Shown here one piece after another: positions 48,128 to 58,203 of a DNA stretch of 64,000 nt. The stretch is from a bacterium. Its GTDB lineage: Bacteria > RBG-13-61-14 > DATKZS01. The position numbers and the translations under genes were made by a program. The stretch's first letter is position 1; each line of letters starts with the position of its first letter. The stretch is taken from positions 256,001-320,000 of the forward strand of contig CAXXFL010000002.1 in assembly GCA_963674965.2 (NCBI GenBank). Reading direction: 5' to 3'. Under the pieces are notes generated by a model. It did no database searches. It was not told the origin of the DNA and was given only the letters and a program-made list of their open reading frames with translations.

Positions 48128-48421
48128 GCCCGACTCCTTTCCCGGCCGCCCAGGTCCGATCTCCAAAAAACCTTTGCCAAATCTTCCTAAAGAGATAGGG
48201 AGCAACAACCATGCCGGTAGGGATAGGGCTTCATCCGTTTGATTTCATTGACTAATCCGTATTAGACGCCAAACAAGTCGGGCAGGGTTTCTTTACAGCT
48301 TATAAAAAATCTTTGCAATGGGTATGAGTTTGCAGAAAAACCAGGCGAGCGCCGTTTGGCGGCAAAGCCCTTATTCAAGGGCTTGCCGCTTTTTCCAACA
48401 AGGCCGCTTTCCAAGCCGGGA

Positions 48422-49153
48422 CTACTTGAAAATTTTATCCGAGTCCTTGATAAAATCTTGAGTGCTTAATTTAAACACGTTCGCGAGAGTCTGGAACCAA
48501 ACGGCCCTCGATTTATCTATTCGCTCGTTTAAGAACCATATGGTCGTGAGGAACCTGTCGGTAAGGGTGTAGCCGCCTCCAACACCGAACACGGTTTTAA
48601 CCCCGTATTTGCTCACGAAGTCCTGGGCGGCGATGATTTTTCTTCCCTTCGAGTCCATTCCGGAGGCCGCGTCCTCCACGTAGAAAGTCCCGGCCAGACT
48701 TCCCATGTGCTCGGCCACTATGTGCGGCTCCCCCCTGATCCATCCAAGCTTGAATCCCAACTGCTCGAGAAGGGCGCTCATCATGGGGATGGCGCTGACG
48801 AAATCGGCGGTCGCCAGGGGAATGCCAAGATGGCCCTGAGATTTGGTCCTGACCATCCAGTCCCGCTCCTTACCGGCGGTCCCCATCAGAGTCAGAATAA
48901 AGGTCTCGGGGGCCAAATCGAGGTTGGCCGTCTTGGCGAGATCGGAGGCGAAGGTTTGAATTTCCGCCGGCAGGTTTTGCTTTCTGAAAGTAACGAAAAG
49001 CCTTATAAGTACGATCGATTCTCGAAACTTTTCATAAAGCGTCTCCATCATGATCTGAGCGGCTTGCTCGATGCTGGAAGAGTTGGAGATTTTTTCCTCG
49101 ATTTGCGAGGACAAGCGGTCAACGTCGTTGAAGTCCATTTTGCTGATTAACAT
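48422..49153 (-). CDS. Hypothetical protein (stand-alone GAF-like sensor domain?)
   Basis: 243-aa ORF with SD; LTLMGTAG...SQGHLGIPL...AQDFVSKYGVKTVFGVGG. Confidence 0.7.
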   Translation of the reverse strand: MLISKMDFNDVDRLSSQIEEKISNSSSIEQAAQIMMETLYEKFRESIVLIRLFVTFRKQNLPAEIQTFASDLAKTANLDLAPETFILTLMGTAGKERDWMVRTKSQGHLGIPLATADFVSAIPMMSALLEQLGFKLGWIRGEPHIVAEHMGSLAGTFYVEDAASGMDSKGRKIIAAQDFVSKYGVKTVFGVGGGYTLTDRFLTTIWFLNERIDKSRAVWFQTLANVFKLSTQDFIKDSDKIFK

Positions 49154-49351
49154 ACCAAGTCCCCTTTCTATGCTGAATTGTCAATGTGGCTTTGGGGCCA
49201 GGACGTCGCTGTTTTCTTGAATGTAGCATAGTGGAAAAATATTTCAACAATAATTTGTCCATCTCCCGTCTTTATGTCCTTTGGGGCTTAAAGGGCACGG
49301 ATTTGCCCGGAATGAATAGAAAGGGTCACGGGCAAGGGAACAAAACACCGG

Positions 49352-49382
49352 AAAAAACCGGAGGAACGAATTCCCCCGGTTT
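49352..49382 (-). terminator. Intrinsic terminator after the L,D-transpeptidase gene
   Basis: CCGGGGGAA-TTCG-TTCCTCCGG-TTTTTT. Confidence 0.75.
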
Positions 49383-49408
49383 GATAATCGTTTCTTCAGT
49401 AGCCATGG

Positions 49409-50506
49409 TCAGTAGATGAATACCTCGGTCCCGACCTCGGCCAGGTCGAACACGATCTTGATGTCTTCACGTTTCATTCTGATGCAGCCGTGGGACCTGT
49501 AGCCCTGATTGATCCTACCGCTTGAGGTGCCGTGGATGCCGAAACCGTCGGGTAGTAACAAGCGGCGCTTGCCCAACACGCCCCTGATGGCCGGCCTGTA
49601 CCTGGGGGCCTCGAGTCCTCTCTCGGTCCAGTGCCACGCGGGCGGATGCCAGATGGGATTGACTTCCTTCTCGATGACCTTCATGATCCCGCGGGGGGTC
49701 TCGAACCTTCTATGCCGCCCGCTTCCCGGAGGCAGGTAACCTTTTCCCGTCACCACGGGGAAGACGTAAAGCGTGCGATGTGACATCTTGACGTAGAGGT
49801 TGTTTTCCTGGAGGTTGATCTCGAGGTAAATCTTGTTCGAGTCGGTGGCCTCGCGGAGGGCCTTGTTGGCCACGCGAAGTATGTTATTCTCCCTTTCCAG
49901 TTCCTCGTTCCTGGCCAGCCAGGATTCCATTGTCTCCTGGTTATTCCATCCCGCCAGGGCGTGGGCCGATCCGGACTCGTCGACCAGGGCCAGACCGGCG
50001 AACCTTCCCGTCAAGAGCCTGCCAATGAAGCTGTCGGCCAGATGGTCGGGCAAGGCTTCTCCCCTCAGCATGGCCTCCCCGGTAAGGAAGCCCGCGTAAA
50101 GGGCGCCTTCATAGGGTTCGACCCGCTGTTGGTAATAATAGGAAGCCTTCTCCTGGAACCCGGATACTTGTTCGATCTGGCCCCCGATCCCGTGGTTGGG
50201 AGCAACGGCGCAGGAAAGAAACATGGCTATGAACAGCCCGAAAACCACGCGCGAGGCCATCCTGAAGCGGGGACTCCATCGCCTCGTCCTATTGCCGATC
50301 CACGAGGATAGCCCTTTTTTCGAGGGCCTTGTGGGACCGTTGTCATCGGCGGCAACTCCAGCCAGTGACAAGTCTCCTCGTTTTTGTTTCTCCAGAAGAA
50401 GACTCATCACCAGGTCCGGATGATGGATCGGCGAAAGAAAAAAATCGGCCATGCGGCTGCGGGAATGGTCGGACTCCAGCAATCTCTTGGCGACGCGGTA
50501 CTTCAT
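49409..50506 (-). CDS. L,D-transpeptidase (YkuD domain)
   Basis: FPVVTG, TPRG, GIHGT...SHGCIRM, VGTEVFI. Confidence 0.9.
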   Translation of the reverse strand: MKYRVAKRLLESDHSRSRMADFFLSPIHHPDLVMSLLLEKQKRGDLSLAGVAADDNGPTRPSKKGLSSWIGNRTRRWSPRFRMASRVVFGLFIAMFLSCAVAPNHGIGGQIEQVSGFQEKASYYYQQRVEPYEGALYAGFLTGEAMLRGEALPDHLADSFIGRLLTGRFAGLALVDESGSAHALAGWNNQETMESWLARNEELERENNILRVANKALREATDSNKIYLEINLQENNLYVKMSHRTLYVFPVVTGKGYLPPGSGRHRRFETPRGIMKVIEKEVNPIWHPPAWHWTERGLEAPRYRPAIRGVLGKRRLLLPDGFGIHGTSSGRINQGYRSHGCIRMKREDIKIVFDLAEVGTEVFIY

Positions 50507-50620
50507 TTCATTAACCTCCACCCAGCGGCGGCAAAATTGGACGAGGCAAATGAACCGTTTCAGCTATAACTATGTAGAAACGCGGCGGCGGCGGCTTTCG
50601 AGCGTGGAATTATGAGCGAA

Positions 50621-52288
50621 TCACTTACTGCACAGTTCCATCAGCAACGGCGGGGATTCCGGCAAAGCGTATTCCCTGCCCCATTTCAACGTTTTCGCGA
50701 CCTTATCGGCGTCGAGGGTCCTCGTAAGTTCCCTCTCGAATTTATCTAGCACAAAATCTCTTGTTTTGTCAAGGGGATGCCCCGGACCTCCCCAGGGAAT
50801 CTCCTGAAGACGCTCCATTTTCCGCCCTCCCTTCAGGCTGAGGGTCACGCGTGAGGCAAAGGGCATCCTGAAACTCGTAAGATCGCACTCGCCCAGGTCG
50901 AAGCGGGACGAGCGTTTTTTTCCGGCCCGGCTTATGAGGTTTTCCAGGCCCTTAGCCGCCTCCTTCACGAGGGCCGAGCGGTACTCGGAGGACAATAGAA
51001 GTATCTCGCGAAGGTCGGACAGGGTAAGGCCCATCGAGCTCTGGTAATGTCCCTGCATCCTCGAGCGGAGTCCCGCCAGCCTCGCGGGCCCGAACTCTCG
51101 AATGAGTCTTCTCAGCTTCAAGGTATCGTCAATGGCGCCCAGGAACCTGAACGTCAAAGACCAATCGTGCTCGAGCCTTACCTTATTCGTGATACGCCGG
51201 ATATGGTCCGCATTTTCGGAAAGCGACTTCTTGCTGAGGTCCTCCGCGTCAAGGCGTCCCTCCAGGAGGACCAGCGCCACGTTGCCGGGAATGGAGAAGT
51301 TGACCGACACCGGGTTAAGAGGATCGAAAGCGCCGCCGGTCCTGCTCAGGGCGTCCATTTCAGTGGTAAGTATCGATGCCTCCACCAGGACTTCCTCCAC
51401 CTCCTCGGCCAAAAGGGGCCTTCCCGTCTCCTCCTCGAAGGTCCGCCGCAGCTCGAGAAGGGCGTCAACTGAGGTGTCGATATATGCGCAGCCAGGATAT
51501 ATCTTATAGGCCAGAGTGTCCGTGACCCACGACTTGCCCAGACCGGTGATGAAGAACGGGGCCGGGATATAGGACATGCGGGCCATGTATCCTTGCGGGT
51601 GCTCGATTATATCCAGGGCCCCGGTCGCGCCCTTCGCCGCCAGCATGGCCGACTGGACCCCGATCACCGCCGGCGAGGAGGCGGTCATGGCCTTCGAGTC
51701 CGGGCCCATGAAACCGGGCCAGAGAACGTAAGTGGGCTGGTACAGGGCGATGGCCATGGCGTGGGCGGTCTTCTCCGCGTCCAGGCCCATGACGCGAGCG
51801 GTGGCGGCCGCGGCCCCCGCCAGATGGATGTGAGACCAGCCCTGGCCGTTGTGCGGCCCCATGACCACGCTGGCGCCCAGCCGGCCCTCGATCTCGTTGG
51901 CGACGACCTGCGCCACCATGGCCTCCCGGGTCGAGGCCCCGAACTTCTCGGCCGCCGCCAGGGATACGGTCACGGCGCTGGCGCCCGTGTGCCCGAACAT
52001 GAGGTAATCGTCATAGTCCAGGGCCAGGCTGAGAGCCGCGTTCAGATGCACGGCGGAAAGCACGTCCATCTTCTTGCCGGAGGGAAGGCCGGTGCAGGGG
52101 CCGTCGCCCGCCCATTGGGCCACGCCCTCCTCGAGGGCTTGTCCGATCTCGTGGCGAGAGCCCGCGTGAATGGCGGCGATGACCGAGTAGACCTGGAGCG
52201 CGGCCTTGTTCAATACCCGGGGGGGCACGTCATCGTGCTTGAGGGAACTGGACCAGGAGGCAAGCCGGGTTATGATCGAGTCATTCAT
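50621..52288 (-). CDS. MmgE/PrpD family protein
   Basis: ALDYDD, GH, E.EGRLG, KIYPGCAY. Confidence 0.88.
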   Translation of the reverse strand: MNDSIITRLASWSSSLKHDDVPPRVLNKAALQVYSVIAAIHAGSRHEIGQALEEGVAQWAGDGPCTGLPSGKKMDVLSAVHLNAALSLALDYDDYLMFGHTGASAVTVSLAAAEKFGASTREAMVAQVVANEIEGRLGASVVMGPHNGQGWSHIHLAGAAAATARVMGLDAEKTAHAMAIALYQPTYVLWPGFMGPDSKAMTASSPAVIGVQSAMLAAKGATGALDIIEHPQGYMARMSYIPAPFFITGLGKSWVTDTLAYKIYPGCAYIDTSVDALLELRRTFEEETGRPLLAEEVEEVLVEASILTTEMDALSRTGGAFDPLNPVSVNFSIPGNVALVLLEGRLDAEDLSKKSLSENADHIRRITNKVRLEHDWSLTFRFLGAIDDTLKLRRLIREFGPARLAGLRSRMQGHYQSSMGLTLSDLREILLLSSEYRSALVKEAAKGLENLISRAGKKRSSRFDLGECDLTSFRMPFASRVTLSLKGGRKMERLQEIPWGGPGHPLDKTRDFVLDKFERELTRTLDADKVAKTLKWGREYALPESPPLLMELCSK

Positions 52289-52295
52289 CGATCGT

Positions 52296-53066
52296 TTACT
52301 CGCCGGGACCGGCCGAGTCCGAGTCCGCCGGCTCGGGCCCGGGTCCTTCATCGAGGGGGGAAACGGACGCCGTGTTCCCCCCTTCAGTTCCCGGCGGCGC
52401 GGGTTCGATCTTTTCGGACCCTCCGGAGGTATCCCCGTCCTCCACCAGGGGAGGAGACTCGGGCTTAAGATCGGGAAATTGGGCCAGGCGCTGGGGCCCT
52501 TTTTGAATGATCACGTCGTCCACCAAAAGATATTCCGAGGTCTCGAGAAAGAGCTTTAAATCCCCGCTCTCGGCGAAGCGGTCAACCTCGGAGGGCTTGA
52601 CTCCCCACACGATCACGTCGGCTTTTTGTCCGATCTCCTCCGGGTGGGGAGCGGCTTTCTTCGGCTCCGGCTGCACCTGGACGATCCAGAAGTCAATGTC
52701 CTCTCGCAGGTCGGGAACTTCTCTTAGCGCCAGGAAGGCGTTGGCGATCATTTTAGCGGCCGACTCTTTCGAGTATTCGGGCGCGTAGGCCACCAGGTTT
52801 ACGGTGGGCGAAATTTCCCGGTACACGAAAATCTTGTTTTGTTCCAGGAGTCCGGGAAGCGCTTCCCTTACCGCCGCCGGCATGTCGTAAACCTCGGGCT
52901 TTATGTCCTTGTAAACGTGCCTGGGTCCGTTTTTTTCCTCTTTCCCGGGTTTTTCGGCGGGGGTGGCGCAGGCGATGGCCAATGAGGCGATAAGCGAAAG
53001 CGTCAGGGCCGCGAGGGCCGCGATCCGCGCTTTCGAGATTAGCGATAAGTCTTCATGCCGTTTCAT
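52296..53066 (-). CDS. Hypothetical lipoprotein
   Basis: AIAC lipobox-like signal, Pro/acidic tail, SD AAGG. Confidence 0.7.
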   Translation of the reverse strand: MKRHEDLSLISKARIAALAALTLSLIASLAIACATPAEKPGKEEKNGPRHVYKDIKPEVYDMPAAVREALPGLLEQNKIFVYREISPTVNLVAYAPEYSKESAAKMIANAFLALREVPDLREDIDFWIVQVQPEPKKAAPHPEEIGQKADVIVWGVKPSEVDRFAESGDLKLFLETSEYLLVDDVIIQKGPQRLAQFPDLKPESPPLVEDGDTSGGSEKIEPAPPGTEGGNTASVSPLDEGPGPEPADSDSAGPGE

Positions 53067-53083
53067 CGTGTTCCTTCTCCGTT

Positions 53084-54295
53084 CTATTTGGCGATGGCCC
53101 TGGCGATGGCCAAGGGCATGGAGGTGAGGGATACGACCTCATCGGCCGCCCCGATTTCCATGGCCGCCTTGGGCATGCCGAATATGGCCGAAGATTTCTG
53201 GTCCTGGACCAGGGTCTTTCCTCCCCTGTCCTTGATGGCCTTGAGCCCTTCCGCGCCGTCCCTTCCCATGCCGGTGAGCAAAACACCCACCGTCACGTCG
53301 CCGAAGTACTCGGCGGCGGAGAAGAAGAGCACGTCCACCGAGGGCCGGCAGGAATGTACCGGCTCGGAGTTGGTCAGCCGGATGAGGTTTTTTTCCACCA
53401 CCATGTGGACCTCGGTGGGGGCCACGTAGATGGTCCCTCCGTTCATCTGCATGCGGTCCTCGGCCAGCACCACCCGCATGGGCGACTCCCGGTTGAGCCA
53501 GCCCACCAGCCCGGGCGCGAAGCTGGGGGCGATATGCTGGACCGTGAGAACGGGCAGGCAAAAGCCGGCGGGAATGCGGCTGAAAATCCTGACCAGCGCC
53601 TTGGGCCCGCCGGTGCTGGAACCCACGGTTACCAGTTTTTTTCTGACCTTTTCACGGGCCGGGAGTTCCACCAGCCCGACGGCTTCCGGGCCCGGGACGG
53701 CGGACGGGACCTCCTGTTCGATGACCGGGGCAATGGCCTTGGCCTTCCTGGTAAGACGCGATATCATCGCCCTGGTTTTGGACCGGTCGACGGCCTCGGG
53801 GGCAGCCGCGCCCAGGGCCGAGTCCAGGCTGGATTTCCTCCTCCTCTTTTTGCCTCGCAAATGGGGAATCACGTGAATATTGGATATTAACCTTATCTTG
53901 TTGATGAAGTCCTCACGGATGCGGTCGAACTCGCCTCCCTCCGAGACCTTTGGCTTCTCCATGACGTCCAGGGCGCCCCGGTCGATGGCCTGGAAGGCGA
54001 CGTCGATTTCCTTGTCGTTCACGACCGAGCTGAACACCAGGATGGGAGTGGGAAAGTAGGCCATGATCTGCTCGACCGCCTCGAGGCCGTTCATCACCGG
54101 CATCATCACGTCCATGGTGATGATATCGGGCGAGAGCTTCTCCGCCAGCGTCACCGCGTCCTTGCCGTGGACCGCCTCGCCCACCACCTCGAGGTCGGGC
54201 TCGTCGGAAATCATATCCTTGAGAATCTCCCGAACCACGGGCGAGTCGTCCGCGATAAGGACCCTGATCTTGTCTTTTTGCAACTCAGTCTCCAA
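53084..54295 (-). CDS. cheB: Chemotaxis-type methylesterase (REC + CheB)
   Basis: ADDS, MDVMMP, GSSTGGP, VQHI, RPSVDVLF, LTGMGRDGA. Confidence 0.95.
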   Translation of the reverse strand: METELQKDKIRVLIADDSPVVREILKDMISDEPDLEVVGEAVHGKDAVTLAEKLSPDIITMDVMMPVMNGLEAVEQIMAYFPTPILVFSSVVNDKEIDVAFQAIDRGALDVMEKPKVSEGGEFDRIREDFINKIRLISNIHVIPHLRGKKRRRKSSLDSALGAAAPEAVDRSKTRAMISRLTRKAKAIAPVIEQEVPSAVPGPEAVGLVELPAREKVRKKLVTVGSSTGGPKALVRIFSRIPAGFCLPVLTVQHIAPSFAPGLVGWLNRESPMRVVLAEDRMQMNGGTIYVAPTEVHMVVEKNLIRLTNSEPVHSCRPSVDVLFFSAAEYFGDVTVGVLLTGMGRDGAEGLKAIKDRGGKTLVQDQKSSAIFGMPKAAMEIGAADEVVSLTSMPLAIARAIAK

Positions 54296-56600
54296 TCAGG
54301 CTCTTGACCGTGTCCAAAAGGACGTTCTGGTCAAAGGAACCCTTGACGATATATGCCTGCGCGCCCACCGCTATTCCCCTTCTTTTATCCTCGTCCGAGG
54401 CCCGCGACGTGAGAATTATAACCGGCTGCGCGGAAGTCTCGGGCCTCCCTTTGAGTTTTTCCGTAAGCTCGAAACCGTTCATTCCGGGCATGTCCACGTC
54501 CACCACGAAGAGGTCGAAATCCCGCGGTGCTCCCTTCAGCTTGTCGAGGGCGTCCTCCGCGCTCACCGCCGTGGTCACGTCGTAACCGGCCCGCTCGAGG
54601 ATGTTCATCTCGATCGTCCTGGTCGTGATCGAGTCGTCAATCACCAGTATGCGGGGGGCCCTGGTCTCGCCCTCGCTCTCGCTGACCATCTTCTTGATGC
54701 CCGCCGTCCTTATCCCCTTGGACTCGGAGAAAACGTCGAACACGTTGAGGATCAGGGCGGGCTCTCCCTTCCTCAGGATGGTGGCCCCGCTGATAAAGGG
54801 GGCCCTCGAGAGGTAGGCCCCCAGTCCCTTGACCAGTATCTCCTGGTCGCGCAGGGGGTTGTCGACCTCGAGGGCCAGGTTCTGGTTCCTGTACTTGAGT
54901 ACCACCACGTTGAGAGCGTCCTCCTCGGAGGAGTACTCGACCTCGTAGCCGGGCAGGGGCGGCAGGTCCAGAAGGTCTCCCAGCCGCGTCAGGGGAAGGA
55001 GCTTGCCCCGGACGGGGACCATTTCCTTGCCCCGGTCCATCACGATGTCCTCGACCTTCATCCGCAGAACCTCGTCCACCGCCGCCAGGGGAACGGCGTA
55101 CATCTCGCCGCCCTGCATTATCAGGAGGGCCTCGATGATGGAGACGGTAAGGGGAAGGCGAAGCTCGATGATGGTTCCCTTTCCCTTCTCGCTTTTAATG
55201 CCCAGGTCGCCCCGCAGGGACTCGACGTTGGTCTTGACCACGTCCATGCCCACGCCCCGGCCGGAAAGGTCGGTGATCAATGAACTGGTCGAGAAGCCGG
55301 GCCGCAGGGTCAGATAAAAGGCCTCCTCATCCGAGAGGTCAGCCGCCGCCCGGGCGTCCATGAGCTTGCGCGCAACCGCCACCTCCCGTATGCGGGCCGA
55401 GTCCATGCCCGCCCCGTCGTCGGAAACCTCGATGACGACCGAGCCGCCGTGATGATAGGCCCGCAGGCTGATCGAGCCGGCCCTTGCCTTGCCCGCGTTT
55501 TCCCGTATCTCGGGAGGCTCGATGCCGTGGTCGCAGGCGTTCCGGAGTATGTGGATAAGGGGACCGCGTATCTGCTCGAGCAGGCGCTTGTCCAGTTCCG
55601 TCTCGGCGCCCTGGACGGTGAGATGGATTTCCTTGCCCAGGTCGCGGGCAATGTCTCTCACCAGCCTGGGAAACTCGTCGAAGATGGTCGCCGCCGGGGT
55701 CATGCGAAGCTGGAGGGACCCCTCCTGTATTTCCTGGACGTTCACGTCCAACTCGATCACGTCCTCCACGAACTCCTGGACAAAGTCCTGGCACTGGTTC
55801 TTAAGGTCCTGGAGCCTGGCCTTGAAAGCCTCGCGCTTGCCGTCGCGAGAGGCCCGCTCGAACTCGGAGATAAGCTCGCCGGCCAACTCGAGGATGCTCT
55901 TGGCCGCGAAACCCTTGCTCTCGAACTTGATCTTGTTTATAAAAAGCTCGCCCGTCAGGTCGATGAGCTTGTCCAGTTTGGAGGCCTCGACCCGGAGCGT
56001 GTCGGATTTGCTTTTTTTGACCGGGGCATCCTGGCCGCCGTCTTTAACCGCGGGCGCCGGGGAGGGGGCCTCGGTCTTGGCCGGTTTCGTCTCCTCCGGC
56101 GCGGCCTTTTCGATCTTGGCCTTTTTCGGCTTCTGAGCCGGCTTCTTGGGCGGCGGTTTTTCGGCCGTCTTTTCCGGCGCGGCGGGCTTGTCCTTTCCTT
56201 CCCCTTCGCCGGAGGTCTCGCCGGCCAGCACTTTCTCGAGCCTCTCGACCGCGGGCTCGACCAGTTTTTTCTCAGGCGGGGCCTCGGGATCGAGCTGCGC
56301 GGCGATGACGTCGGCGCCCTCGAGCAGCCTGTCCACGGTCTCGGACGTGATGGGAAGCTGCTCCTCCTCGATGGCCTTGAGGATGTCCTCCATCTTGTGC
56401 GCCACCGCGCCGATCTCCTCGAGGCCGAGCATCCTCGAGCTGCCCTTCAGGGTATGGGCCGCCCTCAGCACCGAGTGGATAACCTCGGGGTCTCTTCCTC
56501 CCGCCTCGATGTCCAGAAGACCCTGGTTGATGGCGGACAGATGATCGTCCGCCTCGGCCCTGAAAATCTTCAGATACTTTTTCTTTTTAGCTTCATCCAT
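54285..56600 (-). CDS. cheA: Hybrid CheA-like kinase (Hpt-HATPase-CheW-REC)
   Basis: RAAHTLKGS, HILRNACDHGIE, DDGAG, SGRGVGMDVV, C-terminal REC. Confidence 0.95.
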   Translation of the reverse strand: MDEAKKKKYLKIFRAEADDHLSAINQGLLDIEAGGRDPEVIHSVLRAAHTLKGSSRMLGLEEIGAVAHKMEDILKAIEEEQLPITSETVDRLLEGADVIAAQLDPEAPPEKKLVEPAVERLEKVLAGETSGEGEGKDKPAAPEKTAEKPPPKKPAQKPKKAKIEKAAPEETKPAKTEAPSPAPAVKDGGQDAPVKKSKSDTLRVEASKLDKLIDLTGELFINKIKFESKGFAAKSILELAGELISEFERASRDGKREAFKARLQDLKNQCQDFVQEFVEDVIELDVNVQEIQEGSLQLRMTPAATIFDEFPRLVRDIARDLGKEIHLTVQGAETELDKRLLEQIRGPLIHILRNACDHGIEPPEIRENAGKARAGSISLRAYHHGGSVVIEVSDDGAGMDSARIREVAVARKLMDARAAADLSDEEAFYLTLRPGFSTSSLITDLSGRGVGMDVVKTNVESLRGDLGIKSEKGKGTIIELRLPLTVSIIEALLIMQGGEMYAVPLAAVDEVLRMKVEDIVMDRGKEMVPVRGKLLPLTRLGDLLDLPPLPGYEVEYSSEEDALNVVVLKYRNQNLALEVDNPLRDQEILVKGLGAYLSRAPFISGATILRKGEPALILNVFDVFSESKGIRTAGIKKMVSESEGETRAPRILVIDDSITTRTIEMNILERAGYDVTTAVSAEDALDKLKGAPRDFDLFVVDVDMPGMNGFELTEKLKGRPETSAQPVIILTSRASDEDKRRGIAVGAQAYIVKGSFDQNVLLDTVKSLIGD

Positions 56601-56636
56601 GTTCGCCGACCGTTTCTTTTCGCCTCGGGAGAGCGG

Positions 56637-57575
56637 TCACTGGATCGAGACGATCCCTTTGCGGATGAAATACCCCGCCATCCGGCAGATTTCGTAATCG
56701 GTCCAGGGAAGCTCATCCAACACGGCCGGAAAAGCTCCCTCTCTTTCCACCGCCGCCAGGAACTCGGCCTCCCTGGGGCTTAGCTCGCTCTCGCTCGGCT
56801 CGTTCTCCACGGCCAGGGTCTTGCCCTCGAGCGAGTATTCCTTAAGGACAACCGCCTGCTCGTCCATTTGCCTCATGCCCTCCATGAGCGCCTCGTCCAC
56901 CGACATGGGAAAGCCCGCGTCCTCCTCCTCCCCCATGAGGGGCTGGACGTCGAAGCGGGCGTTGGTCCAGGCCAGGAGGCGGTAAAGGGCCTTCTCGCCC
57001 CTGGCCCCTCCCGTCTCGGCCCGGATGATTTTTCCCTGACTGAGCGCGATGTATCCCGGCGGCAGTCCCATCTTGTTTACCCGGAGAAGTCCCGTCTTCT
57101 GGTTGATGCCGAAAAGCTGCAAAAGGTCCGGCAGGGCCATCTCGTCGGTCGATCCCGACAGTCCCTTGCTCTCGCGGATAAGCATGCCTTCCTGGGCCTT
57201 CAATATCCTCTGGAAAATGAGTTTGACCCTGGCGATAAGCTCCGCCATCTCGAAGGGCTTGGTCAGATAGTCGTCGGCCCCCAGTTGCAGTCCCCGAATC
57301 CTGTCGGGGGCCTCGGCGCGCGAGGTCAAAAAGATGAACGGAATAAAGGACGTGAAGGGGTGGGACCGTATCTGGGAACAAAGCTCCCAGCCGTCCATGC
57401 CCGGCATGGCGATGTCCGCGATGATGATGTCGGGGTTTTCCTCGAGAGCTATCTTGAGGGCCTCGCTGCCGTCCTGCGCCGTGAGCACTTTATAACCCTC
57501 ATCCTTGAAGGCGTCGCCGATCATCTCGGTGATCACGGGACTGTCGTCAACGGCCAATATTGAAAGTTTGAGCAT
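56637..57575 (-). CDS. Response regulator with DUF4388/PATAN-like domain
   Basis: REC (VDDS, DIAMP, KPF) followed by GLSG...LPDLLQ...KTGLL. Confidence 0.9.
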   Translation of the reverse strand: MLKLSILAVDDSPVITEMIGDAFKDEGYKVLTAQDGSEALKIALEENPDIIIADIAMPGMDGWELCSQIRSHPFTSFIPFIFLTSRAEAPDRIRGLQLGADDYLTKPFEMAELIARVKLIFQRILKAQEGMLIRESKGLSGSTDEMALPDLLQLFGINQKTGLLRVNKMGLPPGYIALSQGKIIRAETGGARGEKALYRLLAWTNARFDVQPLMGEEEDAGFPMSVDEALMEGMRQMDEQAVVLKEYSLEGKTLAVENEPSESELSPREAEFLAAVEREGAFPAVLDELPWTDYEICRMAGYFIRKGIVSIQ

Positions 57576-57589
57576 TTACTCCTTCTCCA

Positions 57590-58147
57590 TTATTGAAACG
57601 ATGAAAGCTCCTTGTCGTGGACAATCTTGTCCAGGTCAAGAAAGGTTACCCATTCGTCCTCTCCTTCAAGGGGGGCCACGTGGCCCCGCATAAGGTCGTC
57701 CTTCAGGCGAGACGACCTCGACTCGGGCTCCTTGATCCGGGACTCGTCGACCCACTCGATACCCCGCACCCGGTCGACCAGGAAGATAACGCGAACGTCA
57801 TCGCACTCGACCAGGACCAGGCGGGACTTATCGGTCGGGGCAATAGGGGCAAGCCCGAGAAGGCGGGCCGCGTCGAGCACCGTCACTATCTCGCCCCGCA
57901 GGTTGATAACTCCCAGCACGTAGTCGGGCACGCGAGGGACCCGCGTCAGCCTGCCCATCTTCAAGATGGTCTTGCAGTTCACGGCCCTCATGGCGAAGGG
58001 CTCTCCCACCATCTCCACCAGAAGAAGCTGGACCCGGTTTTGTTCCGTGTGGACCTCGGCCTCGGACACGCCCCTCCAGTATTCCTGGCGCATCTCCTCG
58101 ATAATCTTCGCCGGGTCTATCTCGTCGTGTTTTCTCGAGTTTCCCAT
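57590..58147 (-). CDS. cheW: CheW adaptor
   Basis: TRVPRVPDYVLGVINLRGEIVTVLD. Confidence 0.93.
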   Translation of the reverse strand: MGNSRKHDEIDPAKIIEEMRQEYWRGVSEAEVHTEQNRVQLLLVEMVGEPFAMRAVNCKTILKMGRLTRVPRVPDYVLGVINLRGEIVTVLDAARLLGLAPIAPTDKSRLVLVECDDVRVIFLVDRVRGIEWVDESRIKEPESRSSRLKDDLMRGHVAPLEGEDEWVTFLDLDKIVHDKELSSFQ

Positions 58148-58203
58148 GTTTACTCTCCATGCCTGAAAAGCTCAGGCCCGGGGCCGCCTCGCCGGAAGGC
58201 CGT

